Source: Candidatus Marinacidobacterium sp.
Lineage (GTDB): Bacteria > Acidobacteriota > Vicinamibacteria > Marinacidobacterales > Marinacidobacteraceae
Assembly (NCBI GenBank): GCA_965204755.1
Contig: OZ242011.1
Location: 544,001 to 608,000, forward strand
Length of the DNA: 64,000 nt
Direction: 5' to 3'
The notes under the pieces were generated by a model, which worked only from the letters and a program-made list of their open reading frames with translations, did no database searches and was not told where the DNA came from. Positions 45,618 to 55,365 of this stretch are shown here, piece after piece. Numbering within the stretch: the first letter of the stretch is position 1; each line of letters begins with the position of its first letter. The position numbers and the translations under genes were made by a program.

Positions 45618-46918
45618 TCCTCCGCCCCCGACGGGGCCGACGGAGGGGCCGACCCCGGGCCCGACGGGCTCGCCGGGGACGCCTCCGGCGGCGCCTCCCG
45701 GAACACGCGCATCCGGTGCACCCGCCGGGCGTCCGCCTCCAGCACCTCGACCCGGACGCCCTCCGCCTCCACCACTTCGCCGGGCTCCGGGATCCGCCCC
45801 GCCGCCGCGACCACGAACCCCGAGAGGGTGTCGTAGGCGGCCCCGCGCACCGACTCCGGCAGCCGGAGACCGGTCATCCGCGACACCAGGTCCGGCTCCG
45901 CGCCCCCCCGCGCCAGGAAGACCCCCTCGGACTCCTCCTCCACATCGGCGCCTTCGCCGTCCTCGCGCACCTCGCCGACGATCTCCTCGGAGATGTCCCG
46001 GAGGGTGACGATCCCGGACACGCTGCCGCGTTCGTCCACCACCACCGCGAAGGTCTGCCGGCTGCGCTTGAACTCCTCGAGCAGGTCGTCGAGGCGCTTC
46101 GTCTCCGGCACCACCCGCACCTCCCGGAGGAGCGGCCCGAGCCCGCCCCCGCCGCCGCGCTCCCGCCGGGCGGCGATCAGGTCCACCGCGTCCACGAGGC
46201 CCGCGACGCCGCCCTCGCCCCGGTCGCGGAAGACCGGGATCCGGTGGTGGCGGCTCTCGGCCACCAGGCGTTCGACTTCCGCCACGCCGGCGCCGCTCTC
46301 GACGGAGACCACCGCCGGCCGGGGGGTCATCACCTCGCGGACGAGCATCTCGTCGAGTTCGAGGACGCCCCGCACCATCGCCGCCTCGTCCTCCTCCAGG
46401 ATGCCCTCCTCCTCGCCGGTCTCGAGGAACGCTTCGACCTCCTCGTCGGTGGCCTCTTCGCCCACCTCTTCGGACAGCGGGAAGAAGCGCCGGAGGAGCC
46501 GGCGGAGCGGCTCGGCCGCCGGCCGGAGGAGCGCCTCGAACCGGCGGAAGAGCGGCAGCAGCCGCCGGAGGACGCGCTCCGGGTCCCGGAGCAGCACCGC
46601 CGCGGGGACGACTTCGCGGAGGAGGAGATAGCCCCCCGCGGCGGCCGGCGGGAACCAGGCCCAAGCCCCGCCGTCGGGACCGGACTGCCACGCCGCCGCG
46701 CCGGCGAGCCCGGCGCAGCCGAGGAGGCCGAGGCGGGTGGGGATCAGCACCGCGAGCGGGTCCGCCAGCCGTTCGCGCAGCGCCCGCGCTTCCTCCGGCT
46801 CCTCGTCGAGCGCCCGCACCGCGATCTCGCTCGACGAGAAGAACGCGATCTCGAACAGGGCGAGCAGCACCACGCCCGCGGCGCAGGCGAAGAGCAGCAG
46901 CCCCTGGAGCGCGCTCAC
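45614..46918 (-). CDS. Hemolysin/CorC-like CBS-domain membrane protein (DUF21-CBS-CorC)
   Basis: N-terminal TM helices, VREVMTPR, HHRIPVF, VPETK, VVDERG...GIVTLRD, YDTLSGFV. Confidence 0.88.
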   Translation of the reverse strand: MSALQGLLLFACAAGVVLLALFEIAFFSSSEIAVRALDEEPEEARALRERLADPLAVLIPTRLGLLGCAGLAGAAAWQSGPDGGAWAWFPPAAAGGYLLLREVVPAAVLLRDPERVLRRLLPLFRRFEALLRPAAEPLRRLLRRFFPLSEEVGEEATDEEVEAFLETGEEEGILEEDEAAMVRGVLELDEMLVREVMTPRPAVVSVESGAGVAEVERLVAESRHHRIPVFRDRGEGGVAGLVDAVDLIAARRERGGGGGLGPLLREVRVVPETKRLDDLLEEFKRSRQTFAVVVDERGSVSGIVTLRDISEEIVGEVREDGEGADVEEESEGVFLARGGAEPDLVSRMTGLRLPESVRGAAYDTLSGFVVAAAGRIPEPGEVVEAEGVRVEVLEADARRVHRMRVFREAPPEASPASPSGPGSAPPSAPSGAED

Positions 46919-47568
46919 GCCGACCCCTCCCCTCCCGCCGCCGAACCGCCCGCCGACGAACCACCCGCCGCCGGACCGCCCGCGGCGGACGCCGGGGCGA
47001 GCCCGTGGCGACGGCGCAGCAGGCGTTCGAGCCGCTCCATCTCGCCCCGGTCGCGCTCGTGGTCCCAGCCGAGCAGGTGCAGCACGCCGTGGAGCGCCAG
47101 CAGGCGCAGTTCCGTCTCGAGCGGGTGGCCGCGCTCCGCCGCCTGGCGCGCCGCCGTCTCCGCGGACACCGCCAGGTCGCCGAGGTACGCCGGCTCGCCG
47201 CCGAAGGCCCCCTCCTCCGGCGCCCCGGCGGGGAAGGCCAGCACATCGGTCGGGCGGTCCTTCTCCCGGAACCGCCGGTTCAACTCGCGCATCTTCCGGT
47301 CGGAGAGGACGCGGAGCGTCGCGGCCCGCCGGTCGCCGGGCGCGGCGTCCTCCGCGACCCGGACGAGGAAGGCGGCGAGCCCGGCGGCGTCCACCGGGAA
47401 CCGCCGCTGGCGGTTCTGGACGACGAACCGGCCGGCGGCGCGGCCCCCGGAATCCGGAGGGGGCTCCGCGTCGCCGGCCGGCAGCGGCCCCGCAGACGGG
47501 GAAGCCGACGGGGAGGCCGACGCGGAGACCGCCGCCTCGACCGCGCCGCCCGCGGAGGAGGGGATCAC
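46915..47568 (-). CDS. ybeY: rRNA maturation endoribonuclease YbeY
   Basis: LNRRFREKDRPTDVLAF, LGDL, HGVLHLLGWDH; GTGA coupling. Confidence 0.93.
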   Translation of the reverse strand: MIPSSAGGAVEAAVSASASPSASPSAGPLPAGDAEPPPDSGGRAAGRFVVQNRQRRFPVDAAGLAAFLVRVAEDAAPGDRRAATLRVLSDRKMRELNRRFREKDRPTDVLAFPAGAPEEGAFGGEPAYLGDLAVSAETAARQAAERGHPLETELRLLALHGVLHLLGWDHERDRGEMERLERLLRRRHGLAPASAAGGPAAGGSSAGGSAAGGEGSA

Positions 47569-49898
47569 GCTTCGGCGGCCGCCGGCGCCCCGGCGCGGCC
47601 GCCGACGGCGGAGTCCTCCGGCGGCGGGGCGGACGGGCGGCTGAAGTCGAACCCCGGGTAGGGCACGCGGCCGTGGTGGATGCCGCCCAGCGTCGAGAGG
47701 AAACTCGTCCGGATCGCCCGCATGTCGCCCAGCGTCAGCCCGGACTCGGTGAGTTGGTCGTCCTCGACCAGCGACTCGACGATCCGGTCGATGACCCGCG
47801 CCAGTTCCGCCGGCCCCGGGGTCTCCAGACTGCGCGCCGCGGCCTCCACGCTGTCCGCCATCATGATGATCCCCGCCTCGCGGGTCTGGGGTTTCGGCCC
47901 GGCGTAGCGGAAGGCCGCCTCGTCCACCGCCGCGCCGTTCGCTTCCGCCTTCGCCTTCTCGTAGAAGAAGCGGATGAGGCGGGTGCCGTGGTGCTGCGGA
48001 ATCACATCCACGATGTCCGGGGGCAGTTTCAGCCGGCGGGCGTCCTCGATGCCGTCGGAGACATGGCGGCGGATGATGTCGGCGCTCACTTCCGGCGGCA
48101 GTTCGTCGTGCGGCGACTCGTTCCCGCGGGTGTTCTCGACGAAGTACCGGACCCGGTTCAGTTTGCCGATGTCGTGGTAGAGCGCGGCGGTGGAGCAGAG
48201 CGTCGGGTTCGCGCCCACCGCGTCGGCGGCGGACTCGGCGAGGATGCCCACGAGGACGCTGTGCTGGTAGGTCGCCGGCGCGGAGACCGCCAGCGAGCGG
48301 AGCACCGGGCTGTCGCGGCGGGCGAGTTCCATGAGCCGCAGGTCGCTCGTCCGCTCGAAGACCGCTTCGGCGACCGGGAGGACGAGTTGGACCAGCGCCA
48401 CCGACAGCAGGGCGCCGATGAGGGCGGCCCCGGCTTCGAGGGCGAGCCGGGGGAACCCGCTGAAGACGCCGCGCACCACTTCGAGCGCGACGACCACCGC
48501 GACCGCCGAGAGCCCCACCGACGCCCCCACCCGCAGCAGCCGCACCGGGCGCTCGGCGCGCCGGTGGAAGAACACCGCCGCGCAGCCGGTGAGCAGGGAG
48601 AACAGACCCAGCGTCGGGTGGCCGGTCATCATCGTGAGCGACGCGGAGAAGAGCGCCGTGGTGAGGAGCGCGGCGGCGGCGTTCTCCAGCAGGAGCACCA
48701 CCAGCGCGACCGAGGCGAAGGGGGCGGCCCACACCAGCGCCGTCGGGTCCGAGAACGGCTCCTGCGCCACCTGCGCGGCGAGCGCCCGGGCGAAGAAGCC
48801 GAGCAGGCGGGCGACCGCCAGGTGGAAGACCAGGATCGTCCCGGCGAGCGCGAACCCGTGGGCCAGCCACCGCTCGCCGGGGCGGGCGGGCAGGAGCAGC
48901 GTCCGGAGGAGCCAGACCACCACCCCGGCGAACACCAGCGCGCCGAACCCCACCCAGCCGGAGGCGGTGGGGGAAGTCGCCGAGAGTTCCAGCATCTGCC
49001 GGTGGGCGAGCGGGGTCACTTCGTCCCCGGCGCGGATGATGGTGCGCCCCCGCCGGACGCGCAGCACCACGGTTTCGACGGCCTGGCCGGCTTCGCTGCG
49101 CAGCCGGGTGGTCTCGACTTCGTTCCGGTCGAGGGTGGGCCGGAGGAAGGCCGAGGAGAGCCCGGCGAGCGCGCGGCGGGGCCCGGCGCCGAGTTCCGAG
49201 AGCGCGAGCACCTGGAGGCTGGCGGCTTCGGTGGCCTCTTCCAGCGACAGGATGTTCGAGAAGTCGCTGATGACCCGGGCGGCGTCGGACTGCGGGTCGT
49301 GGCGCTGGATCGGGCGGCCGAGGGCGGCGATGGCGCTCTTCTCCGTCAGGATGTCGCGGGCGAGGACGCTGCCCACCGCGTCGGCGAGGCTCTGCTCGAC
49401 CTCCGGGGCGAACGCCAGACGCTCCAGCAGGTCGAGCCCCTCCGGCGGGAGGTCGGTGTCCAGCAGGCGGGCGAAGGTGCTGCGGAAGGCCGGCTCGGCG
49501 ACGGTGCCGGAGACGACCGCCTCCCGGCCGAAGGAGAAGGCGGCGGCCAGCCGGGCGCGCACCAGGTCGCGGGCCTGGGGGTCGAAGTCGTAGACATCGG
49601 GCACGAGTTCGACCGCCTCGCGGCGGCGCTCCTCGGTGGCGGCGGCGTCCTCGTAGGTGAAGTCGCGGGCCGCCCGCACGGTGCGCGAGGCGATCTCGCC
49701 GACCTCATAGACCGGGGCGCGGAGGCCGAGGCCGGGCCAGATGAGCAGCGCCAGCGCGACGGCGAACACCGACCCGACGAGGCCGGTGCGGGCGAAGGAG
49801 TAGTCGCGCGCCCGGAGGAAGAGGCGGCGGAACCGCAGGGCGAGTCCGGCCCGGGGCTCGACCTCCGGGGCGCCGCCGGCGGGGGTCGGTTCGTCCAT
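47565..49898 (-). CDS. 7TM-HD (HDIG) phosphohydrolase, PgpH-like
   Basis: Extracellular domain, multiple TM helices, APATYQHS, YHDIGK, YFVEN, QHHGT, MMADSVEAA. Confidence 0.9.
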   Translation of the reverse strand: MDEPTPAGGAPEVEPRAGLALRFRRLFLRARDYSFARTGLVGSVFAVALALLIWPGLGLRAPVYEVGEIASRTVRAARDFTYEDAAATEERRREAVELVPDVYDFDPQARDLVRARLAAAFSFGREAVVSGTVAEPAFRSTFARLLDTDLPPEGLDLLERLAFAPEVEQSLADAVGSVLARDILTEKSAIAALGRPIQRHDPQSDAARVISDFSNILSLEEATEAASLQVLALSELGAGPRRALAGLSSAFLRPTLDRNEVETTRLRSEAGQAVETVVLRVRRGRTIIRAGDEVTPLAHRQMLELSATSPTASGWVGFGALVFAGVVVWLLRTLLLPARPGERWLAHGFALAGTILVFHLAVARLLGFFARALAAQVAQEPFSDPTALVWAAPFASVALVVLLLENAAAALLTTALFSASLTMMTGHPTLGLFSLLTGCAAVFFHRRAERPVRLLRVGASVGLSAVAVVVALEVVRGVFSGFPRLALEAGAALIGALLSVALVQLVLPVAEAVFERTSDLRLMELARRDSPVLRSLAVSAPATYQHSVLVGILAESAADAVGANPTLCSTAALYHDIGKLNRVRYFVENTRGNESPHDELPPEVSADIIRRHVSDGIEDARRLKLPPDIVDVIPQHHGTRLIRFFYEKAKAEANGAAVDEAAFRYAGPKPQTREAGIIMMADSVEAAARSLETPGPAELARVIDRIVESLVEDDQLTESGLTLGDMRAIRTSFLSTLGGIHHGRVPYPGFDFSRPSAPPPEDSAVGGRAGAPAAAEA

Positions 49899-50006
49899 CA
49901 GCGGCCGCCCGCGGAAAAAGCGCCCCGCCGTCCGCTCCTCGACGCGCCCCTCCCCGGGCGGCGCTTCGCGCCGACGGGCGCTCCCCGGACTTCCTCCACC
50001 GGCCCG

Positions 50007-51059
50007 CTAGCCGACTTCGGCGGGTTCGGGGGCCGGGCGGGCCGGGGCGGCGTCCTCGGCGGCGTCTTCGGCGCGGCGCCGCCCGGCGCGGCGGGTCCGG
50101 GAGGCCTCGCTCGAGGCGTAGGCGCGGACGATGGCCTGGACGAGCCGGTGGCGGACGACATCGCTCTCTTCGAACCGCACCACGCCGACCCCTTCGAGCC
50201 CGCCGATCACGCCCAGACTCTCGGTGAGCCCGCTCACCCGGCCCGCCGGGAGGTCGTTCTGGGTGAGGTCGCCGGTGACCACCGCGCGGGCGCCGTTGCC
50301 CATGCGGGTGAGGAACATCTTCATCTGCTCCGAGGTGGTGTTCTGCGCCTCGTCGAGGATGATGAAGGAGTCGTTGAGGGTGCGGCCCCGCATGAACGCG
50401 AGCGGGGCGATCTCGATGACGCCGCGCTCCCGCAGGCGCTGCGCCTTCTCGGCGTCCATCATGTCGTGGAGCGCGTCGTAGAGCGGGCGGAGGTAGGGGT
50501 CCACCTTCTCGATGAGGTCGCCGGGGAGGAAGCCGAGTTTCTCGCCGGCCTCGACCGCCGGGCGGGTGAGGACGATGCGGCGCACCGCCTGGCCGTGCAG
50601 GGCTTCGACGGCGACCGCCATGGCGAGCCAGGTCTTGCCGGTGCCCGCCGGGCCGACGCCGAGCACCAGGTCGTTCGCCCGCAGCGCGCGGATGTACTCC
50701 AACTGGCGGAGGCTGCGGGGGCGGACCGCCTTCCCCGGCGAGGGGGCGATGACCGTGTCCACGAAGTAGTCGCGGAGCGAGGCGCCGGGGTCCTGCCGCA
50801 GGATGCGGATGGCGGCGCGCACATCGGACATCCGGTACCGCTGGCCGGTCTCCCGGTCGAGGGCGGCCAGCCCGTCGAGGGCGGCGGCGAGGAGCGCGAT
50901 CCGGTGCTCCGGGCCTTCCGCCAGCAGGACATCGCCCCGGCTCGCCAGCGTGAGGCCGAGGGAGTCCTCGAGCGAGCGGAGGTTGCGGTCGCGGATCCCG
51001 AAGAAGGCGAGCCCCCCCTCGCCGGGGATGGGGATGCGGGTCATGGCGGGGGCGCTCAC
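50007..51059 (-). CDS. phoH: PhoH-like ATPase (start GTG 51059 or ATG 51044)
   Basis: GPAGTGKT, RPAVEAGEKLGFLPGD, APLAFMRGRTL, DEAQN, VVRHRLV. Confidence 0.93.
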   Translation of the reverse strand: MSAPAMTRIPIPGEGGLAFFGIRDRNLRSLEDSLGLTLASRGDVLLAEGPEHRIALLAAALDGLAALDRETGQRYRMSDVRAAIRILRQDPGASLRDYFVDTVIAPSPGKAVRPRSLRQLEYIRALRANDLVLGVGPAGTGKTWLAMAVAVEALHGQAVRRIVLTRPAVEAGEKLGFLPGDLIEKVDPYLRPLYDALHDMMDAEKAQRLRERGVIEIAPLAFMRGRTLNDSFIILDEAQNTTSEQMKMFLTRMGNGARAVVTGDLTQNDLPAGRVSGLTESLGVIGGLEGVGVVRFEESDVVRHRLVQAIVRAYASSEASRTRRAGRRRAEDAAEDAAPARPAPEPAEVG

Positions 51060-51174
51060 CCGGTCGCGCGCGGCGCGGGAGCGGCGCTTCGCGGCGTCGG
51101 CGCCGGGACCGGCGAACGGACGGGGAGCCCGCGCGGGGACTCGGGGGCGGCGGAGGCGCCGCGGAGAGGACCGG

Positions 51175-52167
51175 TCAGAGCAGGCGGAACTCGACTTCGA
51201 TCTCGGCCAGCACATCCACCGGTTCGCCGCGGAACATGCCGGGGACGAAGGTCCACTGGCGCACCGCCGCGATCGCCTTGCCGTCGAGCCCGGCGTCCAG
51301 ACTGCGCACCACCCGCGCCGGGCCGACGCGGCCGTTCTTGAGGATGACCACTTCCAGGATGACCTTGCCCTCGATCTTCCGCGCCAGCGCGTCGTCGGTG
51401 TATTCGGGGGTGATCCGCCGCCGCAACTGCGGGGGGTCCACGCCGCTGCCGATCCGGTAGGCGCCGCCGCCGAAGCCGCCGCCGGTCCCTTCGCCGAGGC
51501 CGTCCCCGTCGCCCTCCCCCACGCCGCCGCCGGAACCGGTTCCGCCGCCGCCCCCGCTGCCGCTGCCGGCGGTGTCGAACAGCGCCGAGGCGTCGCGGAT
51601 CAGCCCGGCCAGCATCTCCGGGTCCGGGGCGGTGGTGTCGAACGGGGCGTCGAGCGCGTCTTCCGCCGTCTCCTCCTCTTCGAGGTTCGGTTCGTCCGGG
51701 TCGTCGAAGACCAGTTCCTCCGGGTCGGGGGCGGCTTGGACCGCCGCCAGCGCCGCGTCCTCGCCCTCGACCTGCAGCGGCGCGGCCTCTTCTTCCTCCG
51801 ACTCGTCGCCGCCTCCGCCGCCCCCGCCGCCGGGGCCGGCTTCGACCACGAAGACCAGGCCGGGGAGGTCGAAGGGGGAGTCTTCGGCGGCTTCCTCGAC
51901 CGCGAAGAAGCCGAAGACGATCAGGGCGAGGATCGCGCCGTGGAGCCCCATCGCCGAGGCGAACCCCTTGCGCCCGGAAGCGAGCCCGCCGTCGAGGTGG
52001 CCGAGCGGCAGCCCGGTGATCGGGCTGATCTCCGGCGCCGGCGGGCGGAGCCGGGCGCGGAGCGCGGCGAGGAGCGCGGTGGGGAGTCCGGTGGGGAGTC
52101 CGCGGAGACGCCGGTCGGACTGCGGCGGCCGGGCTCGCGCGGGGTCGTTCGCCGGTTCGTCGGACAA
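51175..52167 (-). CDS. Energy transducer TonB family protein (start approximate)
   Basis: TM helix SAMGLHGAILALIVF, Gly-rich linker, PEYTDDALARKIEGKVILEVVI...GLD..AIAAVRQWTF.PG. Confidence 0.85.
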   Translation of the reverse strand: MSDEPANDPARARPPQSDRRLRGLPTGLPTALLAALRARLRPPAPEISPITGLPLGHLDGGLASGRKGFASAMGLHGAILALIVFGFFAVEEAAEDSPFDLPGLVFVVEAGPGGGGGGGGDESEEEEAAPLQVEGEDAALAAVQAAPDPEELVFDDPDEPNLEEEETAEDALDAPFDTTAPDPEMLAGLIRDASALFDTAGSGSGGGGGTGSGGGVGEGDGDGLGEGTGGGFGGGAYRIGSGVDPPQLRRRITPEYTDDALARKIEGKVILEVVILKNGRVGPARVVRSLDAGLDGKAIAAVRQWTFVPGMFRGEPVDVLAEIEVEFRLL

Positions 52168-52584
52168 GGGTTTCGGGAGGGGGCGTCGGAGCGGGAATCC
52201 CGCGGCCGTTCTCGGATTGTAGCCACCGGTCGGGCGGCCTCCCGTGTTAGCCTCCCGCGCCTTCGAGGGCGCTTCCGCGGCGGTATTCCGCCGCGTCGGG
52301 AGCGCGGTCGGGGGGGGCGTTCGGGGTCGGTTTCGGCGTCGGTTTCGGCGTCGGTCCGGGAGGCTCTTCCGGGAGCGGCCGGGCCGGTCGGCCGGCGGCC
52401 TCCGTCCCCGGTGAGTGAGGCGCCCCCCGGCGCCGGTTCCTTCTTCGGCGCCGCCTTCCCCGGCGCCTTTCCGGTTGCCCCTCACCCGCCGCCCGCCGGC
52501 CCCCGCCGCGCCGGGCCGTTGCTCCCTCCCGGCGAGCGGCCCCCGCCTTCCCGCGTCCCCGACGCCCCGCCGTCCCCACCCTCC

Positions 52585-53127
52585 ATGCTCGTCCCCTTCG
52601 GCGCCAAGAAGCCCGTCGTCCCGCCCACCGCGTTCGTCGCGCCGAACGCGGCGCTGATCGGCGATGTGGAACTCGGCGAGGAGGCCTCGATCTGGTTCGG
52701 CGCGGTCCTCCGGGCCGACCTGAACTCGATCCGGGTCGGGCGGCGGTCCAACCTGCAGGACGGGGTCGTGGTGCATGTGAACGCCGGCGACGACCGGACG
52801 ACGGTGGGCGAGGAAGTGACCGTCGGTCACCGGGCGGTGCTCCACGGGTGCCGGCTGGAGCGCCGCTGCCTGGTGGGGATGGGCTCGGTGGTGCTCGACG
52901 GCGCCGTCGTCGGGGAAGAGGCGATGGTGGCGGCGGGCGCCTTGGTGCCGCCGGGCCTGGTCGTCCCGCCCCGGATGCTGGTGCGCGGCGTCCCCGGACG
53001 GGTCGCCCGCCCGCTGACCGGGTCGGAGGTCGCCCGCCTCGAGTGGTCGGCGGCGCACTATGTGGAGTTGCACCGGCGCTACCGGTCGGGGGAGGCGCCG
53101 GGGACGGCGGCGGGGGGCGGCGAATGA
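52585..53127 (+). CDS. Gamma carbonic anhydrase family (YrdA-like) protein
   Basis: IGDVELGEEASIWFGAVLRAD, SNLQDGVVVH, TVGHRAVLHGC hexapeptide repeats. Confidence 0.9.
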   Translation: MLVPFGAKKPVVPPTAFVAPNAALIGDVELGEEASIWFGAVLRADLNSIRVGRRSNLQDGVVVHVNAGDDRTTVGEEVTVGHRAVLHGCRLERRCLVGMGSVVLDGAVVGEEAMVAAGALVPPGLVVPPRMLVRGVPGRVARPLTGSEVARLEWSAAHYVELHRRYRSGEAPGTAAGGGE

Positions 53128-54926
53128 GCGCCGGGACGCCCCCCCCGGCGGGGGCGGCGCCGCCGACCCGCCGCACCCACTGCTGCGGCGACCTGCGGCG
53201 CGGGGACGCCGGGAAGCGGGTGGTGCTCATGGGCTGGGTCGAGCGCGTCCGCGACCTCGGCGGGCTTTTGTTCCTCGACCTCCGGGACTACCGGGGGGTA
53301 ACGCAGATCGTGGTGCGCCCGGAGTCGCCGGCCGCCGAAGCCGCCGGACGCGCCGGGCCCTGGTGGGTGATCGCGGTGGAAGGCCCGGTGCTCGAACGGA
53401 CGCCGGAGACCGTGAACCCGAAGGTCGCCACCGGCGAAGTCGAAGTCGAGGCGGAGGCGGTGCACCTGCTGAGCGAGTCGCGGACGCCGCCGTTCGCGCC
53501 GACGGACTCGGACGCGGTGGCGGAGGATCTGCGGCTCCGCTACCGCTACCTCGACCTCCGCCACCCGAACCGGCAGCGCAACCTGCGCGTCCGGGCGCGC
53601 CTCGCCGCCGAGATCCGCGCCCACCTCGACGGCAGCGGCTTCGTGGAGATCGAGACGCCGTTCCTGACCCGGTCCACGCCGGAAGGGGCGCGCGACTACC
53701 TCGTCCCGTCGCGCGTCCACCGGGGCCGGTTCTACGCCCTGCCCCAGTCGCCGCAACTGTTCAAGCAACTCCTGATGATCGGCGGCGCCGACCGCTACTA
53801 CCAGATCGTCCGCTGCTTCCGCGACGAGGACCTGCGCGCCGACCGCCAGCCGGAGTTCACGCAGGTGGACATCGAGATGTCCTTCGCCGACCCCGACCAG
53901 GTGATCGAAGTCACCGAGGGGCTGTTCGCGCGGGCGCTCGCCGCCGCGGAAGTCGCGGTCTCGCCGCCGTTCCCCCGGTTCACCTACGCGGAAGCGATGG
54001 CGCGGTTCGGGGTGGATCGCCCCGACCTGCGCTACGGCGCGGAGATCCGCGACCTCTCGGCGGAGGCCGCCGGGTCGGGGCATCCGCTGCTCGACCGGGC
54101 GCTCGGGGAGGGGGGGACGGTGCGCGGGCTCGCCGCGGCCGGGTGCGGGGGGTACTCGCGGAAACTCCTCGACGGCCTGGCGGGGACGGCGCGGGCGAAC
54201 GGCGCCGGGGGGCTGCTCTGGGCGGCGTTCCCGCCGGGCGGGTTGCGGTCGCCGTTGCTGAAGACGGTGGGGGAGGAGCGCCTGCGGCGTTGGCTGGAGG
54301 CCTGCGGCGGGGGGCCGGGGGACTTGCTGCTGCTCGCGGCGGGGGCGCCGGACGCGGTCCTCCCGGCGCTCGGCGCGGTGCGGCGGGAACTGGCGCGCAA
54401 CGAGGGGTGGGACCGGGGCGGGGAGTTCCGCATGTGCTGGGTCACCGACTTTCCGCTGTTCGCGTATTCCGAGCAGGAGGGGCGGCTGACCTCGGTGCAC
54501 CACCCGTTCACGCGGCCGCACCCCGACGATGCGGCGCTCCTGGAGAGCGACCCGGCTTCCGCGCGGTCGCTCGCCTACGACATCGTGGCGAACGGGCACG
54601 AACTCGGCGGCGGGAGCATCCGGATCCACGACGGCGCGATGCAGCGGCGCATCTTCGACGCGCTGGAGATCCCCCGCGAAGAGGCGGACGAGCGGTTCGG
54701 GTTCTTCCTCGAAGCGCTCGCCTACGGGACGCCGCCGCACGGGGGTATCGCGCTCGGGTTCGACCGCATCGCCATGCTGGCGTCCGGCGCGTCCAGCCTC
54801 CGCGAAGTCATCGCGTTCCCGAAAACCACTTCCGCGTCCGACCTGATGACCGGCTCCCCCGGCGGCGTCTCCGAAACCCAACTCACCGAAGTCGGCATCA
54901 CCCTCCGGGAGCGGGAGACCGAGTGA
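53124..54926 (+). CDS. aspS: Aspartate-tRNA ligase
   Basis: RTHCCG, RDLGG, RYRYLDLR, STPEGARDY, LPQSPQLFKQ, FRDEDLRADRQPEF, GGGSIRIH, PPHGGIALGFDR. Confidence 0.97.
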   Translation: MSAGTPPPAGAAPPTRRTHCCGDLRRGDAGKRVVLMGWVERVRDLGGLLFLDLRDYRGVTQIVVRPESPAAEAAGRAGPWWVIAVEGPVLERTPETVNPKVATGEVEVEAEAVHLLSESRTPPFAPTDSDAVAEDLRLRYRYLDLRHPNRQRNLRVRARLAAEIRAHLDGSGFVEIETPFLTRSTPEGARDYLVPSRVHRGRFYALPQSPQLFKQLLMIGGADRYYQIVRCFRDEDLRADRQPEFTQVDIEMSFADPDQVIEVTEGLFARALAAAEVAVSPPFPRFTYAEAMARFGVDRPDLRYGAEIRDLSAEAAGSGHPLLDRALGEGGTVRGLAAAGCGGYSRKLLDGLAGTARANGAGGLLWAAFPPGGLRSPLLKTVGEERLRRWLEACGGGPGDLLLLAAGAPDAVLPALGAVRRELARNEGWDRGGEFRMCWVTDFPLFAYSEQEGRLTSVHHPFTRPHPDDAALLESDPASARSLAYDIVANGHELGGGSIRIHDGAMQRRIFDALEIPREEADERFGFFLEALAYGTPPHGGIALGFDRIAMLASGASSLREVIAFPKTTSASDLMTGSPGGVSETQLTEVGITLRERETE

Positions 54927-55186
54927 TGGCGTCCCTGCGCATCCGTCGATTGGACGACGAGGTCCTCCGCCGGCTGGAAGTCCGGGCGCGCGCGGAGTCC
55001 GTGTCCGTGGAGGAATTGGCTCGACGCATCCTGAGCAGAGCCTCCGTCACCAACTCCGGGAAGCCCGTGGGCGCCGCGATTCGAGAGATCTTCGGCGGAG
55101 AGGGCGTGGACCTCGAGATCCCGCCCCGGGAAATGGTTCCCGATCGCGTGGACTTCTCCACGCCGGAGTACGGCCCCGACGACTGA
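54926..55186 (+). CDS. FitA/Arc-like ribbon-helix-helix antitoxin, apparently orphan
   Basis: MASLRIRRLDDEVLRRLEVRA...SVEELARRIL...GVDLEIPPR; coupled to the aspS stop. Confidence 0.75.
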   Translation: MASLRIRRLDDEVLRRLEVRARAESVSVEELARRILSRASVTNSGKPVGAAIREIFGGEGVDLEIPPREMVPDRVDFSTPEYGPDD

Positions 55187-55365
55187 TTCGGGGAATGACC
55201 CGGGAATGATCCCGCCGGGCGCGAAGGTGGTTTCCCGGCCGGGCGAACCACCTTCGATGCGACGGAGGGCCGGGACGGCGGGATCGAATCGCGGCCGTCT
55301 CGCGCTGAACTCGGGATTCCGGCGGGCGGCCGCGGGCCCTTCATAACGATTCGTCCGATCTCCCG

